Positions 34,125-43,206 of a DNA stretch of 64,000 nucleotides are shown piece by piece. The notes beneath the pieces are model-generated. The model searched no databases, was not told the origin of the DNA, and was given only the letters and a program-made list of their open reading frames with translations. The stretch comes from an uncultured Pseudomonadota bacterium (GTDB lineage: Bacteria > Pseudomonadota > Alphaproteobacteria > JACZXZ01), in the NCBI GenBank assembly GCA_963749075.1, contig CAVVLJ010000021.1, positions 32,001-96,000 on the forward strand, written 5' to 3'. The stretch's first letter is position 1. Each line of letters begins with the position of its first letter. Position numbers and translations under genes: made by a program.

Positions 34125-35041
34125 CCCGGCGCCCGGGTGATCGAGTAGAGGTCCGCGGGCGGGATCACCAGCTCGTAGAGCAGCTTGCCGGCGACCGCGA
34201 GCAGCAGGACGGCGAGGAGCGCCCGCACGTGCTCGCCCTTGAGCCTGTCGTTCGCGCGCGCGCCGGCCTGGGCGCCCAGCACGGCGCCGATCAGCATGAT
34301 GAAGGCCAGCACCGCATCGACCGTCTGGGTGGTGACGGCCTGGAGGAAGGTTACGTTCGCGGTGATGAAGATGACCTGGAAGAGCGAGGTGCCGGCGACC
34401 ACGGCCGTCGGCATGCCGAGGAGATAGATCATCGCCGGCACCATGACGAAGCCGCCGCCCACCCCCATGATGGCGACCACCACCCCCACGGCGAGGCCGA
34501 GGGCGAAGGGGACGAGGGCGGAGATGTAGATGCGCGAGCGGTAGAAGCGCATCTTGAAGGGCAGCACGCGCACCCAGAGGGGATGCCGGCCGGCGCGCGG
34601 CCTGGGTGGTGCGTGGCGGTGCTGGCGCAGGAGCGCCCGCAGCGTCTCGAACAGCATGAGGAAGCCGATGACGCCGAGGAGGAAGACGTAGCTCAGCGAG
34701 ATCACCAGCTCGACTTGGCCGAGCTGGCTCAGGTGCTTGAAGAGCCACACGCCGAAGGAGGAGCCGACGAGGCCGCCGCCCATGATGACGAAGCCCATGC
34801 GGAAGTCGACCGCCTTGCGGCGCCAGTGGGCCATCACGCCGGAGACCGAGGCGGCGACGAGCTGGTTCGCCTGGGTGCTCACCGCGACCGTGGGCGGCAC
34901 GCCGATGAAGATGAGAAGCGGCGTCGTGACGAAGCCCCCGCCCACGCCAAAAAGGCCGGAGAAGAAGCCCACGATGCAGCCCAGCCCGAGCAGCAGGAAA
35001 ACGTTGACGGAGAGCTCGGCGATGGGGAGGTAGATTTGCAT
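34121..35041 (-). CDS. TauE/SafE-family permease
   Basis: MQIYLPIAE, SGLFGVGGGF, MGVGGGF.MVPAMIY. Confidence 0.9.
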   Translation of the reverse strand: MQIYLPIAELSVNVFLLLGLGCIVGFFSGLFGVGGGFVTTPLLIFIGVPPTVAVSTQANQLVAASVSGVMAHWRRKAVDFRMGFVIMGGGLVGSSFGVWLFKHLSQLGQVELVISLSYVFLLGVIGFLMLFETLRALLRQHRHAPPRPRAGRHPLWVRVLPFKMRFYRSRIYISALVPFALGLAVGVVVAIMGVGGGFVMVPAMIYLLGMPTAVVAGTSLFQVIFITANVTFLQAVTTQTVDAVLAFIMLIGAVLGAQAGARANDRLKGEHVRALLAVLLLAVAGKLLYELVIPPADLYSITRAPG

Positions 35042-35045
35042 GCCG

Positions 35046-35128
35046 GAGGACGGACGACAGAGGACGGACGACGGATGAGGTTATTCCGTCTGCCGCCGTC
35101 TGTCGTCCGTCATCTGTCGTCCGACTTC
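35046..35128. repeat. Long imperfect hairpin built from heptamer tandem repeats
   Basis: Left arm GAGGACG-GACGACA-GAGGACG-GACGACG-GATGAGG; right arm CGCCGTC-TGTCGTC-CGTCATC-TGTCGTC-CGACTTC. Confidence 0.85.
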
Positions 35129-35426
35129 AGAATCCCTTGACCGCCACGCTCGTGTGCTCGACCGCCGGCGGCTCCGCGAAGCAATGGCCGACGAGCTTGC
35201 GCCAGGACTGGAAATCCGCGGAGCCGCGGAAATCGACGGTGTGGTTCTCGAGCGTCTCCCATTTGACGAAGAGGCGGTAGCGGTGCGGCTTCTCGTGCGA
35301 GCGCTGCAGCTCCACGCCCGTGCAGCCCTTGGCGCGGCGGAAGAGCGGGGCCGCCTCCTTGACGCCGGCCTCGAAGGCCGCTTCCATGCCGGGCTTCACG
35401 TCGATCTGCGCGATTTCGAGAATCAT
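35127..35426 (-). CDS. Antibiotic biosynthesis monooxygenase (ABM) domain protein
   Basis: MILEIAQIDVKPG, RYRLFVKWETLENH..FRGS. Confidence 0.87.
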   Translation of the reverse strand: MILEIAQIDVKPGMEAAFEAGVKEAAPLFRRAKGCTGVELQRSHEKPHRYRLFVKWETLENHTVDFRGSADFQSWRKLVGHCFAEPPAVEHTSVAVKGF

Positions 35427-35469
35427 GGCGCTTCTCCCATCTTGCCTGTCGAGAGGATCGCGCCGGCCC

Positions 35470-36468
35470 CTAGACCCTGAGGAAGCCGACGATGTCCTGG
35501 ACCTGGCGCAGCACGGGCGTGGCGATCTCCCGCGCCCGCGCGGCACCTTGGCGGAGCACGCCCTCCACATAGGCTTCGTCCGCCTGGAGCCGCTTCATCT
35601 CGCTGCCGATCGGCCCGAGCACGGAAGCCGCGAGCTCGGCGAGCTCCTCCTTGAACTTCGAGAACATGGCGCCGTCGTAGCGCCGGCACACCGCCTCGGT
35701 CGGAAGATCGGCAAGCGCTGCATAGATGCCGACGAGATTGGCGGCCTCGGGCCGGTTCAAGAGCCCGACCGGGTCGCCCGGCAGCGGGTCCGCATCGGTC
35801 TTGGCGCGGCGGATCTTGAGCGCTATGGCGTCGGCGCCGTCGGTCATGTTGATGCGGGAGAAGTCCGAGGGATCCGACTTGCTCATCTTCTTGGTGCCGT
35901 CGCGCAGGCTCATGACGCGGCTCGCCTCGCCGAGGATGAGCGGCTCGATGAGCGGGAAGAAATCGACCTTGTAGTCGCTGTTGAACTTCTGCGCGATGTC
36001 GCGGCAGAGCTCGAGATGCTGCTTCTGGTCCTCGCCTACCGGCACATGGGTCGCCTTGTAGAGGAGGATGTCGGCCGCCATCAGGTTGGGATAGACGTAG
36101 AGCCCGGCGGAGGCGTTCTCGCGGTGCTTGCCCGCCTTCTCCTTGAACTGGGTCATGCGGTTGAGCCAGCCGATGCGCGCCACGCAATTGAAAATCCAGG
36201 CGAGCTCGGCGTGGGCCGCGACCTGGCTCTGGTTGAAGAGGATGGCGCGCTCGGGATCGATGCCGGCCGCGAGCAGGCCGGCGGTCACCTCGCGGGTGCT
36301 CGCGCGCAGCTCGGCCGGCTCCTGCCATTGCGTGATGGCATGGAGGTCGACGACGCAGAAGAGGCAGTGGTACTCGCCCTGCAAAAGCACCCAGTTCCGG
36401 ATGGCACCGAGGTAGTTGCCGAGGTGCAGATTGCCGGTGGGCTGGACGCCCGAGAAGATGCGGTTCAT
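35470..36468 (-). CDS. trpS: Tryptophan--tRNA ligase
   Basis: [27 protein letters not shown]. Confidence 0.97.
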   Translation of the reverse strand: MNRIFSGVQPTGNLHLGNYLGAIRNWVLLQGEYHCLFCVVDLHAITQWQEPAELRASTREVTAGLLAAGIDPERAILFNQSQVAAHAELAWIFNCVARIGWLNRMTQFKEKAGKHRENASAGLYVYPNLMAADILLYKATHVPVGEDQKQHLELCRDIAQKFNSDYKVDFFPLIEPLILGEASRVMSLRDGTKKMSKSDPSDFSRINMTDGADAIALKIRRAKTDADPLPGDPVGLLNRPEAANLVGIYAALADLPTEAVCRRYDGAMFSKFKEELAELAASVLGPIGSEMKRLQADEAYVEGVLRQGAARAREIATPVLRQVQDIVGFLRV

Positions 36469-36547
36469 GGCGGGGGCCTCACGTGCGGTGCGCACGACGC
36501 GCGCGGCGAGTTATGGCGGCTCGTGCGGGGAGCGGTCAAGGGCCGGC

Positions 36548-38104
36548 CTAGTCTCGTCGGCGCCCGCGGAGAAATGCACGACCGAGGAGTCCGAGCTCGA
36601 CGGCGCCAGTCGCAAGCACGAGCGCGCCATAGAGCGCCGCCCCGCCGCCGACGAGTGCCGCGAGTGCCGCGACCTTAGCCGCGAGCCCGGCGGCAAAGGC
36701 GCCGTGGAGCGCGCGTGCGCCGAGCACGAGGGCGGCCGCCATCGCAGCACTGGCAAGGACGGCGCGCGGCACGCGCCGGTGGAAGCCGGCGTCGAGGGCG
36801 AGATGCGCATGGCGCCTCAGCCAATAGGCGAGCGTCGCCGCATTGACCCAGGCGGCGGCTGAGCTCGCAAGCGCGATCCCGGTCGGCCCCAGCGGCCGCA
36901 CGAGCGCCAGGCTGAGGGCGATGTTGGCCGCCACCGCGATGACCGCGGCACGCACGGGGGTCGCCGTGTCCTCGCGGGCGAAGAAGGCGGGCGCCAGGGC
37001 CTTGACGATGACATAGGCGGGCAGGCCCAGGGCATAGGCCGCGAGTGCCGCCGCCGTCGTCCGCGTGGCAGCTGCGCCGAAGGCGCCGTGCTGGAAGAGC
37101 ACCGTGGTGATCGGCGCCGCGATCGCGGCGAGCGCCGCTGCTGCGGGCAGCGTGAGCACGAGGGCGAGCTCGAGCGCGCGGTTCTGGCTCACGGCCGCCC
37201 CCGCCGCATCGCCCGTGCGCAGCTTGCGCGCGAGCTCGGGCAAAAGGACCGTGCCGATCGCCGTGCCGATGACGCCGAGCGGCAGCTGATAGAGCCGGTC
37301 GGCGTAATAGAGGCTGGCGACCGCACCCGTGGGCAGGAGCGAGGCGATCACGGTGCCGATCACGATGTTGATCTGGATGACGCCGGCACCGAAGGCTCCG
37401 GGCAGCATGAGGCGGAGTAGGCGGCGCACCGCGGGCGTGAGCCGCGGGCGCGGCAGGCGCGGCAGGAGGCCGTGGCGCCCTGCCGACCAGGCGAGCCAGA
37501 GGAACTGGCCGATGCCCGCCACCATCACCGCCCACGCGAGGGCATGGCCGGGCTCGGCACCCCAGCTGCGCGGCAGGAGGAGGGCTGAGATGAGCGTGAG
37601 GTTTAGGAGGATGGGCGAGACCGCCGCGGCCGCGAAGCGGAAGCGGCTGTTGAGCATGCCGCCCAAGAGTGCTACCAGCGCCATGCAGAGGAGATAGGGG
37701 AAGGTGATGCGCGTGAGCTCGACCGCGAGCGCGTATTTCGCAGGGTTCGCCACGAAGCCGGGCGCCAGCGCCGCCATGAGCCAGGGCATGGCGGCGAGGG
37801 CGACCAGGGTGAAAAGCACGAGAGAGGCGAGAAGGACGGCCAGCACCTCGCCGGCAAAGGCGATGGCCCGCACCTCGCCGCCCTCGGCGTCGGCGCGGGT
37901 GAAGAGCGGCACGAAGGCGACGCTGAAGGCGCCCTCGGCCACCAGGTTGCGGAAGAGGTTGGGGAAGCGGAAGGCGACCACGAAGGCGTCGGCTACGGGA
38001 CCAGCACCCAGGGCTGCCGCGATCATCACGTCGCGCACGAAGCCGAGCACGCGGCTCGCCATGGTGTAGCCGCCGACCACGGCGCTCGAGCGCAGGAGGG
38101 CCAT
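36548..38104 (-). CDS. murJ: Lipid II flippase MurJ
   Basis: SRVLGFVRD, AFRFPNLFR..AEGAF, YADRLYQLP, FFAREDT.TP. Confidence 0.96.
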   Translation of the reverse strand: MALLRSSAVVGGYTMASRVLGFVRDVMIAAALGAGPVADAFVVAFRFPNLFRNLVAEGAFSVAFVPLFTRADAEGGEVRAIAFAGEVLAVLLASLVLFTLVALAAMPWLMAALAPGFVANPAKYALAVELTRITFPYLLCMALVALLGGMLNSRFRFAAAAVSPILLNLTLISALLLPRSWGAEPGHALAWAVMVAGIGQFLWLAWSAGRHGLLPRLPRPRLTPAVRRLLRLMLPGAFGAGVIQINIVIGTVIASLLPTGAVASLYYADRLYQLPLGVIGTAIGTVLLPELARKLRTGDAAGAAVSQNRALELALVLTLPAAAALAAIAAPITTVLFQHGAFGAAATRTTAAALAAYALGLPAYVIVKALAPAFFAREDTATPVRAAVIAVAANIALSLALVRPLGPTGIALASSAAAWVNAATLAYWLRRHAHLALDAGFHRRVPRAVLASAAMAAALVLGARALHGAFAAGLAAKVAALAALVGGGAALYGALVLATGAVELGLLGRAFLRGRRRD

Positions 38105-38106
38105 GG

Positions 38107-38547
38107 TCAGAGTGCCGCCGGCACTTCGGAAAGGGCTACGAGCCGCTCGCTAAATCGGCCGCGACCCGCGCGCGCTTTGGCGACGAGGCGCGCATCGGCG
38201 GTGACGAGAGGCAGCGCCATGGCTTCGGCCACCGCGAGATAGATACCGTCGTAAGCCGGATGATCGAGCTCGATGGCGATCGCCGCGGCCGCCGCGAGAT
38301 ACGGCCTCGTCGCCACGAGCTCGACCTCCGCACCCTCGAGCGCCCGCGCCGCCAGATCGGCCTCTTCCGCCGTCAGCTCGCGCAGCATGACTTTCTTCCA
38401 GAGAATGTTCGCGCACTCGGAAGAGAGCAGGTCCGGTGCCATGAGCCGCCGCTCGAGAAGCAACGCCGCCACGGCGCTCCCCGGCTCGTCGACCACCCAT
38501 TTGATCGCGACGCTGGCATCGACGAGCACGCGCTCGGGCAGCTTCAC
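38107..38547 (-). CDS. vapC: PIN-domain toxin (VapC)
   Basis: VDASVAIKW, ECANIL, AYDGIYLAVAE, LVTAD. Confidence 0.9.
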   Translation of the reverse strand: MKLPERVLVDASVAIKWVVDEPGSAVAALLLERRLMAPDLLSSECANILWKKVMLRELTAEEADLAARALEGAEVELVATRPYLAAAAAIAIELDHPAYDGIYLAVAEAMALPLVTADARLVAKARAGRGRFSERLVALSEVPAAL

Positions 38548-38780
38548 CGCTCGTCCCGCCCCTCGCGAAGGAGGACCTCCGCGGGCGTATGGCGCCGATT
38601 GGCCGTCATCGCGCGCAGCCTGGCGGCGATCTCCTTGAAGGACTGCCGCGGCTCCCCGCCGAGCGCCTGGCGCAGAATCTCGCGATGCTCCGCCTCCGCC
38701 GAGCGCTGATTGCGCGCCGCGCGCAGCTTGAGCTTGGCCACCAGCTCGTCATCCACGTTGCGCACGATCAAAGATGCCAT
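38544..38780 (-). CDS. FitA-like ribbon-helix-helix antitoxin
   Basis: MASLIVRNVDDEL...LKLRAARNQRSAEAEHREIL; 4-bp overlap with vapC. Confidence 0.88.
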   Translation of the reverse strand: MASLIVRNVDDELVAKLKLRAARNQRSAEAEHREILRQALGGEPRQSFKEIAARLRAMTANRRHTPAEVLLREGRDER

Positions 38781-38803
38781 GGAGTCCCAGCCGAGGTGTA
38801 TCG

Positions 38804-38842
38804 TTGATATCTTTGATATCAATTTTTCGGAAACGATGTCAA
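38804..38842 (-). promoter_or_regulatory. Sigma70-like promoter overlapped by a palindromic operator for the RHH/VapC pair
   Basis: TTGACA at 38842-38837, TATCAA 18 bp downstream; perfect inverted repeat TTGATATC-TTT-GATATCAA at 38804-38822. Confidence 0.65.
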
Positions 38843-38882
38843 GCCACCCAGGCCCTCATCCGCGCGGTTTCAGGGGCGGCAA

Positions 38883-39007
38883 GCCCGAGTGATGCTCATG
38901 GATCTTTCTCAGCTTCTGCTCGTGCTCGATCTTGAGGCCGAAGACGTCTTTCACATAGAACACGTCGACGGCGCGCTCGCCGTAGGTCGAGATCTTGACC
39001 GAGGAGA
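38883..39007 (-). pseudogene. Diverged duplicate of the glnD 3' region (second ACT domain fragment)
   Basis: 125-bp direct repeat of 40322-40446 with 11 differences counted by hand; translates SSVKISTYGERAVDVFYVKDVFGLKIEHEQKLRKIHEH. Confidence 0.93.
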
Positions 39008-39041
39008 GTGGCACAGTACGTGTCTCTCGCGGCCCTATCAT

Positions 39042-39602
39042 TCAGTCGGCACGAATGATGCCATGGCTCTCGGCCCAGGCGCGCCACTCGATCAGCTCAT
39101 GACCGGTCGGCTCCAGCTTCGCATCCTGGGTGTGATTGTCGGTAAAGATCATCAGATTTTCGCACTCCCAACGGGCGGAAGGAGCGATAAGACCGTCCAA
39201 GCCCAGCCAAGCCAGGGTGCTGCCGATCTCCTGAGTCCGCGCATAGTCGCGTTCGCCGTAACGACTCATGTCGACATCCAATGCCTCCAGATCGGCACGG
39301 GCCAAGTGAAGCGTCTTGGAGGTGGTCACCGCAAGCCGCGTCAGCTTGAGTTCCCGTGGCCCGGGCATCGGCGTCTGATCGGCCAAAAATGATACCGCCT
39401 CTGCCATGGCTCCGTCCCGCTCCAGACTGGTGTAGAGCACGTTTGTGCCAGGGTCGCCATTCTGGGGCCGCGCCCAGCGGCCGCCGTAAAGCGAGGGTGC
39501 TGTCGGATCGGCGCTCGTGCGGGTAGTGCGAAAGACCTCTCCGGAAAATGCCTCCGTCGCAAACGCACCAAGACGATCCGCAAGGTCCGGGTCATAGCTC
39601 AT
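39042..39602 (-). CDS. RES-domain toxin
   Basis: VFR, GGRW, LYTSLE..GAMAE, YARTQEIG, GLIAPSARW...NLMIF; lower GC than flanks. Confidence 0.85.
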   Translation of the reverse strand: MSYDPDLADRLGAFATEAFSGEVFRTTRTSADPTAPSLYGGRWARPQNGDPGTNVLYTSLERDGAMAEAVSFLADQTPMPGPRELKLTRLAVTTSKTLHLARADLEALDVDMSRYGERDYARTQEIGSTLAWLGLDGLIAPSARWECENLMIFTDNHTQDAKLEPTGHELIEWRAWAESHGIIRAD

Positions 39603-39614
39603 CCCCGAGGACCG

Positions 39615-39950
39615 TCAGATGTAGACACCATCCCGCAGTTGGTTAACCAATCGACGCACCTCGTCCATTTTGCCGTCCTGAATCAATTCGGCCGGTGAAT
39701 GCCCCCGAAGATGCTTCTGAGGCGAGAACAGCCATTGGCGTGCTTCCTTCGGCTCGTAAAAATCGCAGAGCTGATCGACGATGAATTCGAGCTCGAGCAG
39801 TGCCTTTTCGGTCGAGGAGTGCGGGTAGGCCTGGCCCTTGTTCCAACGCGATACTTGCTCCGGCCGCGTGCCCAGGAGGATTGCCACCTCGGTCTGCCTG
39901 ATCCCTTTGTTGCGCAGCGATTCTAGCTTTCGTGCGACCGGGCTGGTCAT
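39615..39950 (-). CDS. Xre/MbcA/ParS-type antitoxin (HTH plus DUF2384-like C-terminus)
   Basis: IRQTEVAILLGTRPEQVSRW HTH; EARQWLFSPQKHL.GHSPAELI; directly upstream of the RES gene. Confidence 0.85.
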   Translation of the reverse strand: MTSPVARKLESLRNKGIRQTEVAILLGTRPEQVSRWNKGQAYPHSSTEKALLELEFIVDQLCDFYEPKEARQWLFSPQKHLRGHSPAELIQDGKMDEVRRLVNQLRDGVYI

Positions 39951-40258
39951 GGTCTGCCGTTCCTCTTGTGCTGCAGTTTGAAAATTTCCGCTCATTCACT
40001 GGGCCCGTTCCCCGCGGGTCCGCATGGCGGCGGAATCGCAGCGCTATGCTATCGTTCATGCGGACCTGGCTCGCCCCACGATATAAACCTGCCTTTTGAA
40101 TTGCGCAATATAATGCGCTTTGTATTGCCTTTTCCTGGGATTTTCGCCAGGGCCAAGCCGCTGTCAGGCAGTGTTCGTCGCTCGAGACGGCTCACGATAG
40201 CGGAATCTCGCGAGGGGGAAGGGACGCAGGACCGTTTCGTTCCAGGGTGCGCTCTTAG

Positions 40259-43033
40259 CTAACCTGCCTCGGCGGCGGTGCGCCGCGCCGTCTCCGGCTC
40301 CCCTCCCGCCCCGGCCAGCACGCCCGAGAGATGCTCGTGGATGCGCCTCAGCTTCTGCTCGTGCTCGACCTTGAGGCCGAAGACGTCCTTCACGTAGAAC
40401 ACGTCGACGACGCGCTCGCCGTAGGTCGAGATCTTGGCCGAGGAGATCTGCAGGTTGAGCTCGGTGAGCGCCCTCGTGAGCGCATAGAGGAGGCCGGGGC
40501 GGTCGCGGCCGTTGACCTCGATGACCGTGTGGGTGGCGCTCGCCCTGTTGTCGATGAGGACGCGCGGCGGCACCTGGAAGACGTCGAGCCGGCTCGGCAG
40601 GCCGCGGCCCACCGCGGCGACCTCCTCGGGCCACAGGCGGCCGGCGAGCGAGCGCTCGATGGTGGCGGAGAGCCGGGCGAGCTTCTGCGGCCGGTCGAAG
40701 CTGTTGCCGGCGGTGTCTTGCACCGAGAAGCTGTCGAGCGCCATGCCGGTCGCCAGCGTGAAGATGCGGGCGTCCACGATGTTGCCGCCGGCGACCGCGA
40801 TGGCGCCGGCGATCTTGGCGAAGAGCCCGGCGTGATCCGCCGTATAGACGGTGAGCTCGGTGACGGCGCGGTAGGCGTCGATGCGCCAGTCGAGGGCGAG
40901 CGGCGCGTTCTCGGCCTCGGCCTGGCGGATGATGCGCGCGTGGCGTGCCAGCGTATCGATGTCGAGCGCCAGCCAATAGGCGGCCTGTCCGCGCGCCACA
41001 TGGGCCTGCCAGTCCGCCTCGCTCCACTCGGCAAGCGCTGCGCGCAGCTCCGCGAGCACGCCCCTGACGCGCGCCGCGTCGCCGTGGGTGGCGAGCGCCC
41101 CGGTGAGCACCTCCTCGGTCTTGAAATAGAGGTCGCGCAGGAGTGCCGCCTTCCAGTTGTTGAACACCTTGGGCCCGGTCGCCTTCATGTCGACGACGGT
41201 GAGCACGAGGAGGAGGCGCAGGCGCTCCGGCGACTGCACCAGGCCCGCGAAGTCGGTGATCGTCTTGCGGTCGCCGATGTCGCGCTTCTGCGCCGTGTGG
41301 CTCATGGCAAGGTGATAGCGCACCAGCCAGGCGACGGTGTCGGTCTCCTCGGGTGTCAAGCCCAAGCGCGGGCAGAGCTTGCGCGCCACCTCGGCGCCGA
41401 GCGTCGAATGGTCGCCGCCGCGTCCCTTGGCGATGTCGTGCAGCAGGAGTGCGAGATAGAGCACACGGCGGGAGAGGAGCTGATGCACGAGCTCGCTCGA
41501 CAGCGGATGCTCGGCCTTGAGCTTGCCCTGCTCGACGGCGTGGAGGAGGCCGATCGCCCGGATGGTGTGCTCGTCGACCGTGTAGACATGGTACATGTCG
41601 TACTGCATCTGGGCGACGACGCGGCCGAAGTCGGTGATGAAGCGGCCGAACACGCCGGCCTCGTTGAGCCGGCGGAGCGTCGTTTCCGGGTCGTTCGGCG
41701 AGGTCAGCATCTCGAGGAAGAGGCGGTTGGCCTCCGGGTCCTCGCGCAAGCGGGCGTCGACGAGGCGGAGCGCGCGGCGCACGCCGCGCAGCGCCTTGGG
41801 ATGGATGTCGAGGCCGTGCTGCTGGGCCACGTGGAAGAGCTTGAGGAGCTTGACCGGATCCTTGCGGAAGAGCGCCTCGTCGGCGACGGTGAGACGCTCG
41901 CCCTCGAGCTGGAAGCCCTCGATGTCGCGGCGGCGGCGGAGGAGGGCTGCGAGGCTGAAGCGCGGCGGGCGCTTGTGCTCGGCCTCGAGGGCCGCGCAGA
42001 AGATGCGCGTGAGATCGCCCACGTCCTTGGCCACCAGGTAATAGTGCTTCATCAGCCGCTCGACGCGCTGGCTGCCGGCATGGTCGGTGTAGCCCATGTG
42101 CCGGGCGATCTCCGGCTGCACGTCGAAGGTGAGGCGCTCCTCGGCGCGGCCGGTGAGCCAATGCAGCGTGCAGCGCAGTGTCAAGAGGAAGTCCTGCGCC
42201 TTGGCGAAGGCCTGGTACTCCTCCTCGGTGAGGAAGCCGAGCGGCACCAGCTCGCGCGCGTCGTCGATGCGGTAGAGGTACTTGGCGATCCAGAAGAGCG
42301 TGTGGAGGTCGCGCAGGCCCCCCTTGCCCTCCTTGATGTTGGGCTCGACCACGTAGCGCGAATCGCCCATGCGCTGATGGCGCTGATCGCGCTCGGCGAG
42401 CTTGGCGGCGGCGAAGGCGAGCCCGGTGCCGGCGATCACCTCGCGGGCGAAGCGCCGCTTGAACTCGAGATAGAGCGCCTCCTCGCCCGAGACGTAGCGG
42501 GACTCGAGAAGGGCGGTGCGGATGGTGATGTCGGCCTTGGCCTGGCGGATGCACTCGTCGATCGAGCGCGTGGCGTGGCCGACCTTGAGGCCCAAGTCCC
42601 AGAGCAGGTAGAGCATCCACTCGACCACCTGCTCGGTATAGGGCGTCGATTTGTAGGGCAGGATGAAGAGGAGATCGATGTCGGAGAAGGGTGCGAGCTC
42701 GCCGCGGCCATAGCCGCCGACCGCCACCACCGCCAGGCGCTCGCCCACCGTCGGGTTGGCAAGCGGGAAGACCCTGGTGGTGGTGAACTCGTGGAGCGTG
42801 CGCACGAGCTGGTCCATGAGGGCGGCCAGGCTGCGCACCGTCTCGCTGCCCGAGAGCTTCGCCTCGAAGCGCTTGCGCACCTGGCGCCGGCCGTCCTCGA
42901 GCGCCCGGCGGAAAGAGGCGAGCACCTCGGGGCGCAGCGCCTCCCAAGAGGTCCCGCCCGCGGCAAGTGCGGCGAGCTCCTCCGCGAGGGTGCGCCGGCT
43001 CACGGTCTCGCGCGGATTGGCAATGGCGGTCAT
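40259..43033 (-). CDS. glnD: [Protein-PII] uridylyltransferase
   Basis: AVGGYGRGELAPFSDIDLL, EPNIKEGKGGLRD, YTVDEH, LLHDIAKG, two ACT domains. Confidence 0.97.
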   Translation of the reverse strand: MTAIANPRETVSRRTLAEELAALAAGGTSWEALRPEVLASFRRALEDGRRQVRKRFEAKLSGSETVRSLAALMDQLVRTLHEFTTTRVFPLANPTVGERLAVVAVGGYGRGELAPFSDIDLLFILPYKSTPYTEQVVEWMLYLLWDLGLKVGHATRSIDECIRQAKADITIRTALLESRYVSGEEALYLEFKRRFAREVIAGTGLAFAAAKLAERDQRHQRMGDSRYVVEPNIKEGKGGLRDLHTLFWIAKYLYRIDDARELVPLGFLTEEEYQAFAKAQDFLLTLRCTLHWLTGRAEERLTFDVQPEIARHMGYTDHAGSQRVERLMKHYYLVAKDVGDLTRIFCAALEAEHKRPPRFSLAALLRRRRDIEGFQLEGERLTVADEALFRKDPVKLLKLFHVAQQHGLDIHPKALRGVRRALRLVDARLREDPEANRLFLEMLTSPNDPETTLRRLNEAGVFGRFITDFGRVVAQMQYDMYHVYTVDEHTIRAIGLLHAVEQGKLKAEHPLSSELVHQLLSRRVLYLALLLHDIAKGRGGDHSTLGAEVARKLCPRLGLTPEETDTVAWLVRYHLAMSHTAQKRDIGDRKTITDFAGLVQSPERLRLLLVLTVVDMKATGPKVFNNWKAALLRDLYFKTEEVLTGALATHGDAARVRGVLAELRAALAEWSEADWQAHVARGQAAYWLALDIDTLARHARIIRQAEAENAPLALDWRIDAYRAVTELTVYTADHAGLFAKIAGAIAVAGGNIVDARIFTLATGMALDSFSVQDTAGNSFDRPQKLARLSATIERSLAGRLWPEEVAAVGRGLPSRLDVFQVPPRVLIDNRASATHTVIEVNGRDRPGLLYALTRALTELNLQISSAKISTYGERVVDVFYVKDVFGLKVEHEQKLRRIHEHLSGVLAGAGGEPETARRTAAEAG

Positions 43034-43206
43034 GCGCTCGCCCGGCTCTCCCGGCTCTCTCCCGTATTGTCGCCGTCCAGCGAGATATAATATCGTATTT
43101 GAGGAAGGTTTGCCGTCGCCGCGAGCATGACGCCCGTCGCGGCCGTGCCTGCTGCGGCACTTGGTGCGGGATGCGGCCGGCCGTCCCAAGGCAAGGACGC
43201 TCCGCC

